Assembly: GCA_044229845.1 (NCBI GenBank)
Contig: JBGASG010000003.1
Location: 384,001-448,000 of the forward strand
Direction of reading: 5' to 3'
Source: Candidatus Obscuribacteraceae bacterium
GTDB taxonomy: Bacteria; Cyanobacteriota; Vampirovibrionia; Obscuribacterales; Obscuribacteraceae
Length of the DNA stretch: 64,000 bases
Numbering within the stretch: position 1 is the first letter of the stretch; each line of letters starts with the position of its first letter. The notes beneath the pieces were generated by a model that saw only the letters and a list, made by a program, of their open reading frames with translations, was not told the origin of the DNA and searched no databases. Below, piece after piece: positions 19,296 to 28,709 of this stretch. The translations under genes and the position numbers were made by a program.

Positions 19296-20372
19296 TTAGT
19301 CGGTATCAAGTCGACCGTCGTAGCGATAAGGCACATCGATAGATCTGCTACCGCCGCCGCCACCACCGCCGTCAATAGACCTGGTCCCTTCGCCGATAGA
19401 GCGATAAGTTGGGCTACTGCGCTTGGTCGAACTTGCCGTCTTGCGAACTTTCGGTGCGCTGATGGTGGTCGTTGAGGCTGTCTTCGTCGGAGTAGCCGCA
19501 GCATCTGCCGGAGTAGTGGGAGATGCACCGGTGGCGACGAAGGCGCGCTCTGTGACCTTACCAGCTGCGCCGAGGGTTTCTATTTTACCCTTATAGTCCA
19601 CTGACAAGCTGCCGCCGTTGCCGGCCCGAATTCTGAAGCCCTGCGAGTCCGAAAAGTCACGCCTGTCGCCCTGTTCGAGATATCCAGTGTATAGACTTTC
19701 GCCCGAAGAGACTGCCTTAACTTCTACCCATACATGCTGGTTGGCCGATACGGTGATTTTGCCGCCATCGGGTTCTGGTGCGGCTTGCGTGGTGGTGCCG
19801 GTAGCGGGCATCGTCTGTCCCGGTCCGCCACTAGCCGGATTGTTGGCAGCAACCCGTTGCGCAGAATCTCTTAATGAAAGAACCGCGGGATCTTGCTGAT
19901 TGTTGTTGTTGCTCTGTCCCATCAGAAACGTGAACAGACATAGCACCATGACCACCAGAACCGTATTGAACACCCAGGTCTTGTAGTTAGGCGGTGCCGT
20001 ATTGATGCGGGCCTTGTTCAGATATTCGGGATGGACGTAGACCGGTTGGTTCTGCGGATAACGACCATTGCCGTTGTTGCGACCGTTGCTCTTACCGTTG
20101 CTGCTGCCCTCCTGCGAGGCAACCCGCTTGAACTCATCGGATAGCACAGAGCCATCCAAACCTACAGTCTCTGCATATCGCTTGATAAAGCCGGCCACAT
20201 AAACGACTTCCGGCAATCCTTCGGTATTGCCTTCATCGAGCGCCTGCAAGTGATTGATTGGAATTTTCGTGCGCTCGCAGACTTGCCGCAGAGACAGCCC
20301 ACGCGATTCCCGCGCAGATTTCAGTTTCTGTCCAATGGCAGCAAAGGTAGTAAATGATTCGGAGTTTGTCAT
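19296..20372 (-). CDS. rodZ: RodZ-like protein (HTH, TM, DUF4115-like domain)
   Basis: GQKLKSARESRGLSL...YVAGFIKRYA HTH, one TM, WVEV...GNGG C-terminal domain; next to rimO. Confidence 0.85.
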   Translation of the reverse strand: MTNSESFTTFAAIGQKLKSARESRGLSLRQVCERTKIPINHLQALDEGNTEGLPEVVYVAGFIKRYAETVGLDGSVLSDEFKRVASQEGSSNGKSNGRNNGNGRYPQNQPVYVHPEYLNKARINTAPPNYKTWVFNTVLVVMVLCLFTFLMGQSNNNNQQDPAVLSLRDSAQRVAANNPASGGPGQTMPATGTTTQAAPEPDGGKITVSANQHVWVEVKAVSSGESLYTGYLEQGDRRDFSDSQGFRIRAGNGGSLSVDYKGKIETLGAAGKVTERAFVATGASPTTPADAAATPTKTASTTTISAPKVRKTASSTKRSSPTYRSIGEGTRSIDGGGGGGGSRSIDVPYRYDGRLDTD

Positions 20373-21160
20373 AGAGCGGACTTCAATAGCTTCACTTCTG
20401 CGTCATCGAGATAACGCCAAGATCCAAGAGGCATCCCTCCCAATTGTAACGCACCAACTGCCAGGCGCACCAAGCGAGATACCGGATATCCAAGATGATC
20501 ACACATCCGACGAACTTGCCTGTTTCGTCCCTCGCGCAGGGTGATCTCCAGCTCACTATAAGATTTATTGCGGTCGACAAGGGTCACGCCGGCGGGCAAA
20601 GTCAGCCCATCGCTGAGCTCAACGCCCGCCCGCAGCTGCTCTATCGCCTTTTCTGTGACTTCTCCTTTGACCTGCACCCAGTAGAGCTTGGTCATCTGAT
20701 GCTGCGGATGAGTCAGCTTCTGAGTCAGTTCTCCGTCGTTAGTAAGTATCAAGAGCCCCTCTGAATACATGTCAAGACGTCCTACCGGACGTAAATGCCG
20801 AAGCTCTGCCGGCAGCAGATGCAGCACATCCTGTCGCCCTTTTTCGTCTCGCGTGGTCGTCACGACACCGGGCGGTTTGTGGAGTGCCACGTAGAGATAT
20901 TGCTTAATGGAGAGCGGCTTGCCGTCCACGCTCAGGCGGTCTTGGTCCGGATCTACCGGCAGCCAAAACTCGTGTGTCACTTGCCCATTGACGCTGACGC
21001 GTCCGGCTTCGATCAGCTCGTCGGCCTGACGGCGAGAGCAGAAGCCGGTCTTAGCCAGCGCCTGGTTGAGGCGCAGCGTACTTTTTGTACTTTGCGCACT
21101 TTCGGCGTTTTTCGTACTTTTTGTACTTTTCTGGGACTTGCCTTTGGGGGACTTGGTCAA
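20369..21160 (-). CDS. rluB: rRNA pseudouridine synthase (RsuA/RluB family)
   Basis: S4 domain RLNQALA..G.CSRR.AD, HKPPG, VGRLD, EGRNRQVRRM. Confidence 0.88.
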   Translation of the reverse strand: MTKSPKGKSQKSTKSTKNAESAQSTKSTLRLNQALAKTGFCSRRQADELIEAGRVSVNGQVTHEFWLPVDPDQDRLSVDGKPLSIKQYLYVALHKPPGVVTTTRDEKGRQDVLHLLPAELRHLRPVGRLDMYSEGLLILTNDGELTQKLTHPQHQMTKLYWVQVKGEVTEKAIEQLRAGVELSDGLTLPAGVTLVDRNKSYSELEITLREGRNRQVRRMCDHLGYPVSRLVRLAVGALQLGGMPLGSWRYLDDAEVKLLKSAL

Positions 21161-21189
21161 AAAACTTACGTCGACTTTACGTTGGTCGT

Positions 21190-21522
21190 TTACGTATTGT
21201 TGTTATCAGGATCTTTGAGTCCTACTTTCTTGCCCTGCAGATCTTGCAGCTTGCTGGTGATCTGGTCACGCGTTTCCTGCAACTGCTCTTTGGTCTGCTT
21301 GAGCATTGTTTCGCTCTTGTTCTGGAAATCGGTGAGAGCTTGTTCGGAGCGTTCGCGAATATCGGAGACCTGGGTGCTGGCGCTGCGATAAATTTCGTCG
21401 GATTGGTCGGCCAGTTGGCGGCGCAGTTCAGCACCGGATTTCGGCGCTGTCAGCATGCCGAACAAGAAGCCCAGGAAGCCGCCGACCAGCAGCCCTTCAA
21501 AGAACCGGTTCGAGTTAGCCAT
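21190..21522 (-). CDS. YtxH domain protein
   Basis: GLLVGGFLG...LTAPKSGAELR followed by coiled coil. Confidence 0.85.
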   Translation of the reverse strand: MANSNRFFEGLLVGGFLGFLFGMLTAPKSGAELRRQLADQSDEIYRSASTQVSDIRERSEQALTDFQNKSETMLKQTKEQLQETRDQITSKLQDLQGKKVGLKDPDNNNT

Positions 21523-21967
21523 GTTTTTCTCCTTTCAGGGGTGCATCCGCGGTGACATCACCGGCGGTGCGATCGGCTGTGATTTGATGTGCGTGATCGT
21601 GGTTTCCTTCAAAGAAGGCTTGAATGCCGGCGAAAAGACCGGCGCCGAAGATAGAGGTCTGCTTCGAAGCCGAATTCACAGCATGGTTGACCGAGCCCGA
21701 GACGTCTTCGATCTTGGTACTGACTTGCGTGATGTTTTTGGCGGCGGAACTGCGAATCTGATCCAGTCCATCCATGACTGATCGCACTTCTACGAGCGTT
21801 GGCGGAATCTCCCGCTTGACGGTCTCGGAGAGATCTTCGATGGCATTCAACGTGCGCACCGATTGCGAAATCAGCGGCATCACGGAAGTGACGAGAATCA
21901 GAGCTGACACCGCCAGTAGAACCAAAGCGATGATCAGGGCCGCATTTACAACCTGCGTTTGGTCCAC
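21515..21967 (-). CDS. DUF948/YoxC(YtxG)-like membrane coiled-coil protein
   Basis: N-terminal TM, then heptad region with REIPPTL; located between two YtxH genes. Confidence 0.7.
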   Translation of the reverse strand: MDQTQVVNAALIIALVLLAVSALILVTSVMPLISQSVRTLNAIEDLSETVKREIPPTLVEVRSVMDGLDQIRSSAAKNITQVSTKIEDVSGSVNHAVNSASKQTSIFGAGLFAGIQAFFEGNHDHAHQITADRTAGDVTADAPLKGEKHG

Positions 21968-21979
21968 GAGTTCAGCCCT

Positions 21980-22339
21980 TTATCTGTGCTGGAACGGCAA
22001 TACGGAGGAGCCGCCGGTCTCGATCTCTTCGCGCTTCTTGGCGGCGGCCAGTTTGTAGGCGCCGACAGCGCGCTTGAGACGGAGTGTCTGTTCTTCCATC
22101 AAAGCTTGCAGGTAGTTGACGCCTGTCGCATAGAGATCGAGGGAATCGTCAACAACGTTGGTGACACGGTCTGGCATGGTGCGCGCGGTTTCTTTCAGAT
22201 GCCCACGCATTTCCGTACCGGATTTAGGCGCTGTGAGGACGGCGATGGTGGCACCACCTACGGCACCGAGAAGCAATCCGATTAGCCACAATCCCAAGCC
22301 GGAATCGCTGGAATCATTGCGGTCGTCGTTTGAGCTCAT
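21980..22339 (-). CDS. YtxH domain protein
   Basis: GLLLGAVGG...LTAPKSGTEMR. Confidence 0.85.
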   Translation of the reverse strand: MSSNDDRNDSSDSGLGLWLIGLLLGAVGGATIAVLTAPKSGTEMRGHLKETARTMPDRVTNVVDDSLDLYATGVNYLQALMEEQTLRLKRAVGAYKLAAAKKREEIETGGSSVLPFQHR

Positions 22340-22502
22340 TAGTTACTCCCCACCTGTGTTACGAGTGTTCAGAAACTTCAAGATCGCTCGTCACAGATGA
22401 CGACGCCCATGCAGCCCTTACTTACCACAGTGGAGTATATCACCTATAGGGTTGTCACCGATTTGCTCGGTTACGACTGTTTTACGCCCGCCGACGACCG
22501 AT

Positions 22503-23792
22503 TTACTGGGCGACTACAGACTTTTCGTTGTGCGAGAAACGCTGCGCCAGAAGGTTGCAGATGTGCTCGGCGATGGAGCGCTTGGGCATGCGGGGCAGGT
22601 TTTCGCGGGTGCCTTCCGCCGACAAGATGACAACCGCATTGTAGTCGCTGCCGAAGCCTATGTCCGGCACGGTGATGTCATTACCTACGATGATGTCGAG
22701 TTGTTTGCGTTTCAGCTTCGCCTGGGCGTTGTTCATCAATTCTTCCGACTCGGCGGCGAAGCCGATGATGACTTGATTTTTGCGCTTAATTTGCCCGAGC
22801 AAGTCCAGAATATCGGGGTTCTTGGTCAACTCGAGCACCAAATCTTCTGATTCGCTCTTCTTGATTTTTTTGTTGGAAACGTGAATAGGTCGGTAATCAG
22901 CCACCGCCGCCGTCATGATCAATCCATCACAGGTGTCGAACTCTGCTTCCACCGCTTCCTGCATTTCCTGCGCGGTTTCGACGAAGATGGAGGGATAGGG
23001 TCTGTCGACTTCCACAGTTGTGATCAAGGTGACATCGGCTCCGCGCGCATAGGCGGCATCGGCAACGGCAATGCCCATTTTGCCCGACGAGCGATTGCCT
23101 ATGAAACGCACAGGATCGATGGCTTCGCGTGTACCCCCGGCGGTCACCAGTACTTGCCGCCCCGTCAACGAACGGTGCGCGGCGAGGCGCTCGGCAACTG
23201 CCTGCACGACAGTCTCCACGCCGGCCATCTTGCCGACTCCCCAATCGCCGCAAGCCATCTCTCCGGCTTCCGGTGCGATTACTTCGTAGAGATAACGATG
23301 CTGCACCAGTGAAAGGTTGTGCTGCGTGGCGGGATGCTCCAGCATCAGCGGGTTCATGGCGGGCGCCAGCATAATCGGCGCCTGGCTGGCCAGAACCATC
23401 GTCGTCAAAAGGTCATCGCAGATGCCGCCGGCCAGCTTAGCGATGATGTTGGCGGTAGCCGGCGCAATCAAAATCAGGTCGGCATTCTGAGCCAGTTCGA
23501 TGTGTTCGGGGCGCCAGTTGCCCTGTGAATCTTCATACTGCTCGCAGTGCACCGGATTGCGTGTCAGTGTCTGCAAAGTCAAGGGAGTGATGAATGCCTT
23601 CGCGTGCGGCGTCATGACGCAATGGATGTCGGCGCCCGTCTTTCGCAGCTTGGAGGCCAGGTCGCAAGCCTTGTAGGCTGCGATGCCGCCTGAGATGCCC
23701 AGGATTACGGTTTTACCGGCGAGCAATCCCGAACCTTCTTCGGGAAGGTCATCGAATGGTTGCTTGCGGACTGACATGTCTTCTTTGCTCAT
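22503..23792 (-). CDS. coaBC: Bifunctional phosphopantothenoylcysteine decarboxylase/synthetase
   Basis: GGIAAYK, APATAN, PAMN, TAGGTRE.IDPVRFIGNRSSGKMG, GFAAE. Confidence 0.96.
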   Translation of the reverse strand: MSKEDMSVRKQPFDDLPEEGSGLLAGKTVILGISGGIAAYKACDLASKLRKTGADIHCVMTPHAKAFITPLTLQTLTRNPVHCEQYEDSQGNWRPEHIELAQNADLILIAPATANIIAKLAGGICDDLLTTMVLASQAPIMLAPAMNPLMLEHPATQHNLSLVQHRYLYEVIAPEAGEMACGDWGVGKMAGVETVVQAVAERLAAHRSLTGRQVLVTAGGTREAIDPVRFIGNRSSGKMGIAVADAAYARGADVTLITTVEVDRPYPSIFVETAQEMQEAVEAEFDTCDGLIMTAAVADYRPIHVSNKKIKKSESEDLVLELTKNPDILDLLGQIKRKNQVIIGFAAESEELMNNAQAKLKRKQLDIIVGNDITVPDIGFGSDYNAVVILSAEGTRENLPRMPKRSIAEHICNLLAQRFSHNEKSVVAQ

Positions 23793-23892
23793 GGCCTGTA
23801 TTTACCTGATTCGTCTTCCAACTGCTTATTCTATATCGTTTCTGGCTCGCGGCTGCGGTAGAATTTCCCACTATTGCAACTGGGAGATCCGC

Positions 23893-25458
23893 ATGGAAAG
23901 GTACTATCTGACCACCGCCATTGACTACGCGAACGCTGCGCCGCACATCGGGCACGCGTACGAGAAGATAGCTGCCGACATTATCGCCCGTTTTCACCGC
24001 ATGAGCGGACGCGAGGTCTTCTATTTGACCGGGCTCGATGAGCACGGCTCCAAGGTTGAGAAGGCGGCAATTGCGGCCGGCAAGACGCCGCAGGAATTCG
24101 TCGACGACATCTCAACCAAGTTCAAAGAAGCCTGGCAATTGCTCCAGATATCGAACGACCGCTTCATTCGAACTACTGAACCCGACCACGCAAAAGTGGT
24201 GCAGGAAGTATTCAGGCGCATGCGCAACAAAGGCGACGTTTATAAAGGTCGCTATGCCGGACTCTATTGTGAAGGCTGCGAAGACTATCTGCGGGAGCGG
24301 GACCTGGTCGACGGCATGTGTCCCAATCACAAGAAGCCTCCGCGCGAGATGGGCGAAGAGAATTTCTTTTTCGCGCTTACGAAGTACAAAGAACCGCTGC
24401 GCAAATGGATCCAATCGGAAAAGGTTGTGATGCCGGAGTTTCGTCGCAACGAAGTGCTCAACCAGCTCGATGATGAGGAATTCGGCGACTTCAGCATTTC
24501 ACGTTCGAAGCAGTCGCTGACCTGGGGTATTCCCGTTCCCGATGACGACGACCAAGTCATCTACGTGTGGGTGGATGCGCTCACCAACTACATCACCGGC
24601 GTCGGAGCGTTTGACGAAACAAAACAGGCAATGTGGAAGAAATTCTGGCCCTGCGACTTGCATTTGATTGGCAAAGACATCGTTAAATTTCACGCCATCT
24701 ATTGGCCGGCAATGCTCATGTCAGCTGACATAGAGCCACCGCGCCTGGTCTACGGTCACGGCTTCATAACGGTCGAAGGGCAGAAGATGAGCAAGTCGGT
24801 AGGAAACGTCCTGGAGCCCGCCGATCTCGTCCACGACTACACCGCTGACGGTGTCAGATATTTCCTTTTCCAGAGCAACACTTTCGAGATGGACGGTGAT
24901 TTCTCCGGCGAACAATGTGTCGCCACCTTGAACAGTCACCTGGCGAATAATCTGGGCAACTTGCTCAATCGCACCTTGACTCAGATCGCCAATAAATTCG
25001 ACAGCAAAGTTCCAGATGGCGAATGCGAGTCCGACAAGCTTGCCACCGCCCATGATGCCCACCAGAAGTATTTGAAGCACATGGCAGACTTCGATTTCAA
25101 AAAAGCGCTGGAAGAAGCCTTTGCCCCGGTCAACGAAGCCAACAAATACCTGACCGAGAAGGAACCCTGGAAGCTGGTAAAAGAAAACCCGTCCGCCGCG
25201 GCGCCGATTTTGCGCACCGCCCTCGAGTTGCTCAAGCAAGGCGCCGTCATGTTAGCGCCGTTTACCCCGACGCTCTGCGACGCCATCTGGAACCAGATGG
25301 GATATGACGGTCAACTTTCGACGGCAAAGTTTGATGATGCGCGTTGCCGCGAGCCCATAGCGTCCGGCCAGGCCATTCGCAAAGGCGACCCGGTGTTTCC
25401 GCGAATTGATCCGGTCAACTGTCGCACCTACCCAAAGAGTAAGACGCCCGTCGCCTGA
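23893..25458 (+). CDS. metG: Methionine--tRNA ligase, short form without C-terminal tRNA-binding appendix
   Basis: HIGH, CEGC/CPNH knuckle, YVWVDAL, GKDI, KMSKS; GGAG RBS before the ATG at 23893. Confidence 0.96.
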   Translation: MERYYLTTAIDYANAAPHIGHAYEKIAADIIARFHRMSGREVFYLTGLDEHGSKVEKAAIAAGKTPQEFVDDISTKFKEAWQLLQISNDRFIRTTEPDHAKVVQEVFRRMRNKGDVYKGRYAGLYCEGCEDYLRERDLVDGMCPNHKKPPREMGEENFFFALTKYKEPLRKWIQSEKVVMPEFRRNEVLNQLDDEEFGDFSISRSKQSLTWGIPVPDDDDQVIYVWVDALTNYITGVGAFDETKQAMWKKFWPCDLHLIGKDIVKFHAIYWPAMLMSADIEPPRLVYGHGFITVEGQKMSKSVGNVLEPADLVHDYTADGVRYFLFQSNTFEMDGDFSGEQCVATLNSHLANNLGNLLNRTLTQIANKFDSKVPDGECESDKLATAHDAHQKYLKHMADFDFKKALEEAFAPVNEANKYLTEKEPWKLVKENPSAAAPILRTALELLKQGAVMLAPFTPTLCDAIWNQMGYDGQLSTAKFDDARCREPIASGQAIRKGDPVFPRIDPVNCRTYPKSKTPVA

Positions 25459-25517
25459 TGTGGCGGGCGACTCAGTCGATGAGGACGTCAGCCCTCGACG
25501 CAGTGCCGGCGAATTTC

Positions 25518-27350
25518 TTAGCGAACTTTCCGCCAGACAATGATTTCTTTGTACTGCTGGTCGTAGAGCTTCGCTTCGCTCTCCGTGGTCATGATGCCCT
25601 TGATGCTGCTGTTGTTGAAGATCATGCCGTGTCCCATGTAGACAGCCGCATGTGACTTTTCGCCGGGATTGCGGTGAGCGACCATGATGTCGCCGGCCCG
25701 ACGATCCTCCCAACGCACCTGGACGAAGCCCATGTGCGGCAGGTCTTCCTCCAATTTGGCATTGCCGATTTCTTTCATTTTGTCCGGAATGCCGTAGGCA
25801 TTGCCAGCCAGAAGCGTGACAGCCCGGGTGCAACCAAGGTCGGTCGTAACCTGTTTATCGTAGTCGGTGATCACTTTACCTTCGAGTTGGCGCGCAATCT
25901 GTTGCATGCGCGCATACACCTCGGGATTGGTCGGACTGTCGTCACCGCTGCGTGCGCCGCGCACATCGTTGCCACTGGGGCGATGCTCTTTCGGCGGACG
26001 CTGTCTGCGCATGCGTTGCTCTGGACGCGGCACGCCGCCATCTTCCGGAGCCCCGGAATAATCATAAGGATCGCGGCCCTGATCGCGAGGCAGGTCGGTG
26101 CGCGGAGGCATGACGACTCGATCGTTAGGCGGATACGGCTGATTCCAGCTGCCATCCGGCGGATAGTCTCCTTGATCCGGATACGGGTATTCACCGTCGA
26201 CCGGACGCGGACGGTTGCGATTGAAGAATCGCGGGTCACCACCGCTCGCTCTATACATGATGCGAAATTCGCGTTCAGTTCGCGACATCGGTCCGTTCAT
26301 CCAGCAGCGTTCACCGGACATCGGATCGTAGCCCCAATGTCCTCTGCGGCTGGGATGCAAGCGATCCATGTTGCCGCCGCCCATGAAGAAACGCGGACCA
26401 CCCTGTCCGAGCGAAATACCTATATCCATACCGCCGAGGTTGAACCGCAGACCGCCATTCATCATCGGACCCATGCCGATTGGGTTGCCCCAGCGGTCGC
26501 AATCCTGTCCGGGAATTCGTTCGTCCCATGGATAGCGTCCTTCGTCCCAGCGACCGCCCTGGTTCCAGCGACCGCCCTGGTTCCAGCGACCACCCTGGTT
26601 CCAGCGACCGCCCTGATTCCAGCGACCGCCCTGATTCCACTGATCCGGACAATCTTCCCAATCAGCTTGGTCCCATTGTCTCTGGTTCCACTGACCGCCC
26701 TGGTTCCAGCGGCCGCCTTGGTTCCAGCGCCCTCCCTGATTCCAGCGACCACCCTGGTTCCACTGACCTTGCTCCCATTGATCTTGTGACGACCATACAG
26801 AAGGTTGTTGATGCGGATAAATCAGACGTCCGGACCCATCGCGGTTGCAGGGGCGGTGCATCCGGTTGAACTGTCCATCACCCATGCTCAGCTGGATACC
26901 GAATTGCGATGCGAACTGACCAAACTGCGCGGCGATCTGGGCTTCGTTGTTACGCCGTCCCTGGTGGGGATAGCGCAAATGCTGTTGTTGCGGACTCCAA
27001 GTCTGACCCTGATTCCAGGTCTGAACAGACCCTGTGTCGTTGTTGTGCCAACGGCGACGTTGCTGCTGATGGGGGTAAACCAGCTGAGAGTGCGAGACAG
27101 GTATGACCATGGAGCCGTCATCGGACATGCGAGCCCGCGTCATTCGGACGCGCTGCTGACCGTGGTCCGACTGCCAACGCGGCTGTCCGGAATCGTCCCG
27201 CCGGTGGGGATACATCATGCCCGTGTGTCCGGGCTGGTCGCCGTGACGATGCCGCGGACCGCCCTGTTCGTGAACGAACTCTTGTCTGAAGCGCCCGCCC
27301 TGGATTTGACTTTCGTCAGATCTCCGGTGAATTACTCTGTCATGTGTCAT
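25518..27350 (-). CDS. Low-complexity Q/G/R/W/N-rich protein with C-terminal NlpC/P60-like (papain-fold) domain
   Basis: WNQGGR repeats; C-terminal LGCTRAV...AGDIMV...SHAAVYMG...NNSS consistent with a Cys-His dyad. Confidence 0.75.
   Translation of the reverse strand: MTHDRVIHRRSDESQIQGGRFRQEFVHEQGGPRHRHGDQPGHTGMMYPHRRDDSGQPRWQSDHGQQRVRMTRARMSDDGSMVIPVSHSQLVYPHQQQRRRWHNNDTGSVQTWNQGQTWSPQQQHLRYPHQGRRNNEAQIAAQFGQFASQFGIQLSMGDGQFNRMHRPCNRDGSGRLIYPHQQPSVWSSQDQWEQGQWNQGGRWNQGGRWNQGGRWNQGGQWNQRQWDQADWEDCPDQWNQGGRWNQGGRWNQGGRWNQGGRWNQGGRWDEGRYPWDERIPGQDCDRWGNPIGMGPMMNGGLRFNLGGMDIGISLGQGGPRFFMGGGNMDRLHPSRRGHWGYDPMSGERCWMNGPMSRTEREFRIMYRASGGDPRFFNRNRPRPVDGEYPYPDQGDYPPDGSWNQPYPPNDRVVMPPRTDLPRDQGRDPYDYSGAPEDGGVPRPEQRMRRQRPPKEHRPSGNDVRGARSGDDSPTNPEVYARMQQIARQLEGKVITDYDKQVTTDLGCTRAVTLLAGNAYGIPDKMKEIGNAKLEEDLPHMGFVQVRWEDRRAGDIMVAHRNPGEKSHAAVYMGHGMIFNNSSIKGIMTTESEAKLYDQQYKEIIVWRKVR
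26547..26770. repeat. Two blocks of 18-bp coding tandem repeat (about 26547-26643 and 26683-26770)
   Basis: Unit CCCTGGTTCCAGCGACCG with variation mainly at third codon positions; encodes WNQGGR on the minus strand. Confidence 0.92.
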
Positions 27351-27533
27351 GGATGAAAAAACCGTTGCCCTGAAACCCGCACTGCAGATATTAGGCTAAG
27401 TCGACAACCCCGTCTGCACGGTTTCTCCCACGCCCTGCGTGCAATACGCGTGAAACCGTCAGGCTCTCAGCCTTCGACCGGCTCTTGAAAAGTGGAATAA
27501 TGCAATATGCCTTAACCACAGCGGTCAACCGTG

Positions 27534-28709
27534 ATGTCCAAGAACCTACCCCCTGGAGCTTTTACGGTCATACTTATGACGTCACTGGTTTGGGCGTGCC
27601 TTTGCTTGCAGCCAGCAGTTGGCGACACAGCCATGGACGAGGGCATGGCACAACTACGCAACAAGAATTACACCCAGGCTTTCTATTCCTTCGAAACCGC
27701 GAAGCGCAATCCGTCCAGCGCTCCCGAGGCCAGCTATTATCAGGCGATGTGTTATTACGGACTGGGCAAGGTCGATTACGCTCGCACAATGCTGCGGACC
27801 ACCATCGACCGCTATCCGCAAGCTCAAATTGCCGGCACCGCCAGGGAAGCCCTCGACCGGATCAATCGAGAAGGGACGGGCACCGCGGCCGGCTCGGCGG
27901 CCAACACCCCGGCAGGCACGGCGTCCGAGGATTCCGGACAGTCAGCTGAAGTTTCTTATAAAAGAGACCGCTCGGGACGCATGATTGTGAACGTCCTTCT
28001 GAACGGCAAGACCCCTTACCCGATGCTGGTCGACACCGGCGCAGACGTTTGTTCGATGACACAAGAGCAAGCTGTCGCAGCCGGCATCGACCTGTCCAAG
28101 CCGCTGCGTCGAACGCGTCTGTATGGCGCCGCCGGTGAGACGGCCGCCAAAATCTATCGCACGCGCATACAGATCGGGCGTATCGCAAATGACGTCGAGG
28201 TCTTCGTAGAGGATTCAGCGCGCAACGACTATGCCATTTTGGGGCGAAACTTTTTTGGCAATCTGGCGCTGGAGGTGGATGATACTCGCCACACCCTGCG
28301 TTTTTGCAACCAGAAAGACATGCGGGTAAACCAGCAGGCGGCACAGATTCCCTACCGCAGCAATGGGCATGGACTGTGCGTGACGGTCAAGATCAACGGT
28401 CGTGAGTGCGAGATGATTTTTGACACCGGATGCAGTACCACCAGTTTTACCGACAAACAATGGTCGGCGCTGGGCATGACCACACCGACCAGCGCCAATC
28501 AAGGCACCTCTGCCGGACTGGGCGGCTCCCGCGAGGCGCGCATGTTTCCCATCGGCAGCATGGAGTTGGGCGGCATCATCAAGTACAACGTACCGGCCCA
28601 CGTCTCCATATACGGTACCACCGACAGACCGCTCCTGGGCATGAGTTTTCTGCAGGGACTCAGGTACGTCATCGATCCCTACAGCCAGCGCATCTACATA
28701 TCCAAGTAA
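27534..28709 (+). CDS. Exported TPR protein with two retropepsin-like aspartyl protease domains
   Basis: Signal-like N-terminus, TPR (EASYYQAMCYYGLG), LVDTGA...ILGRNF and IFDTGC...LLGMSFL. Confidence 0.85.
   Translation: MSKNLPPGAFTVILMTSLVWACLCLQPAVGDTAMDEGMAQLRNKNYTQAFYSFETAKRNPSSAPEASYYQAMCYYGLGKVDYARTMLRTTIDRYPQAQIAGTAREALDRINREGTGTAAGSAANTPAGTASEDSGQSAEVSYKRDRSGRMIVNVLLNGKTPYPMLVDTGADVCSMTQEQAVAAGIDLSKPLRRTRLYGAAGETAAKIYRTRIQIGRIANDVEVFVEDSARNDYAILGRNFFGNLALEVDDTRHTLRFCNQKDMRVNQQAAQIPYRSNGHGLCVTVKINGRECEMIFDTGCSTTSFTDKQWSALGMTTPTSANQGTSAGLGGSREARMFPIGSMELGGIIKYNVPAHVSIYGTTDRPLLGMSFLQGLRYVIDPYSQRIYISK

Noticed and set aside
26547..26770. 18-bp tandem repeats as a CRISPR array
   Set aside because: Units are contiguous without unique spacers, are a multiple of 3, vary mainly at synonymous positions, and no cas genes are present
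25674..26789. 371-aa plus-strand ORF with VPATAL repeats
   Set aside because: Antisense shadow of the WNQGGR protein, which carries the recognisable domain
27418..27459. ACGGTTTC...GAAACCGT inverted repeat in a divergent spacer
   Set aside because: Single 8-bp stem with no second copy or known motif; insufficient support
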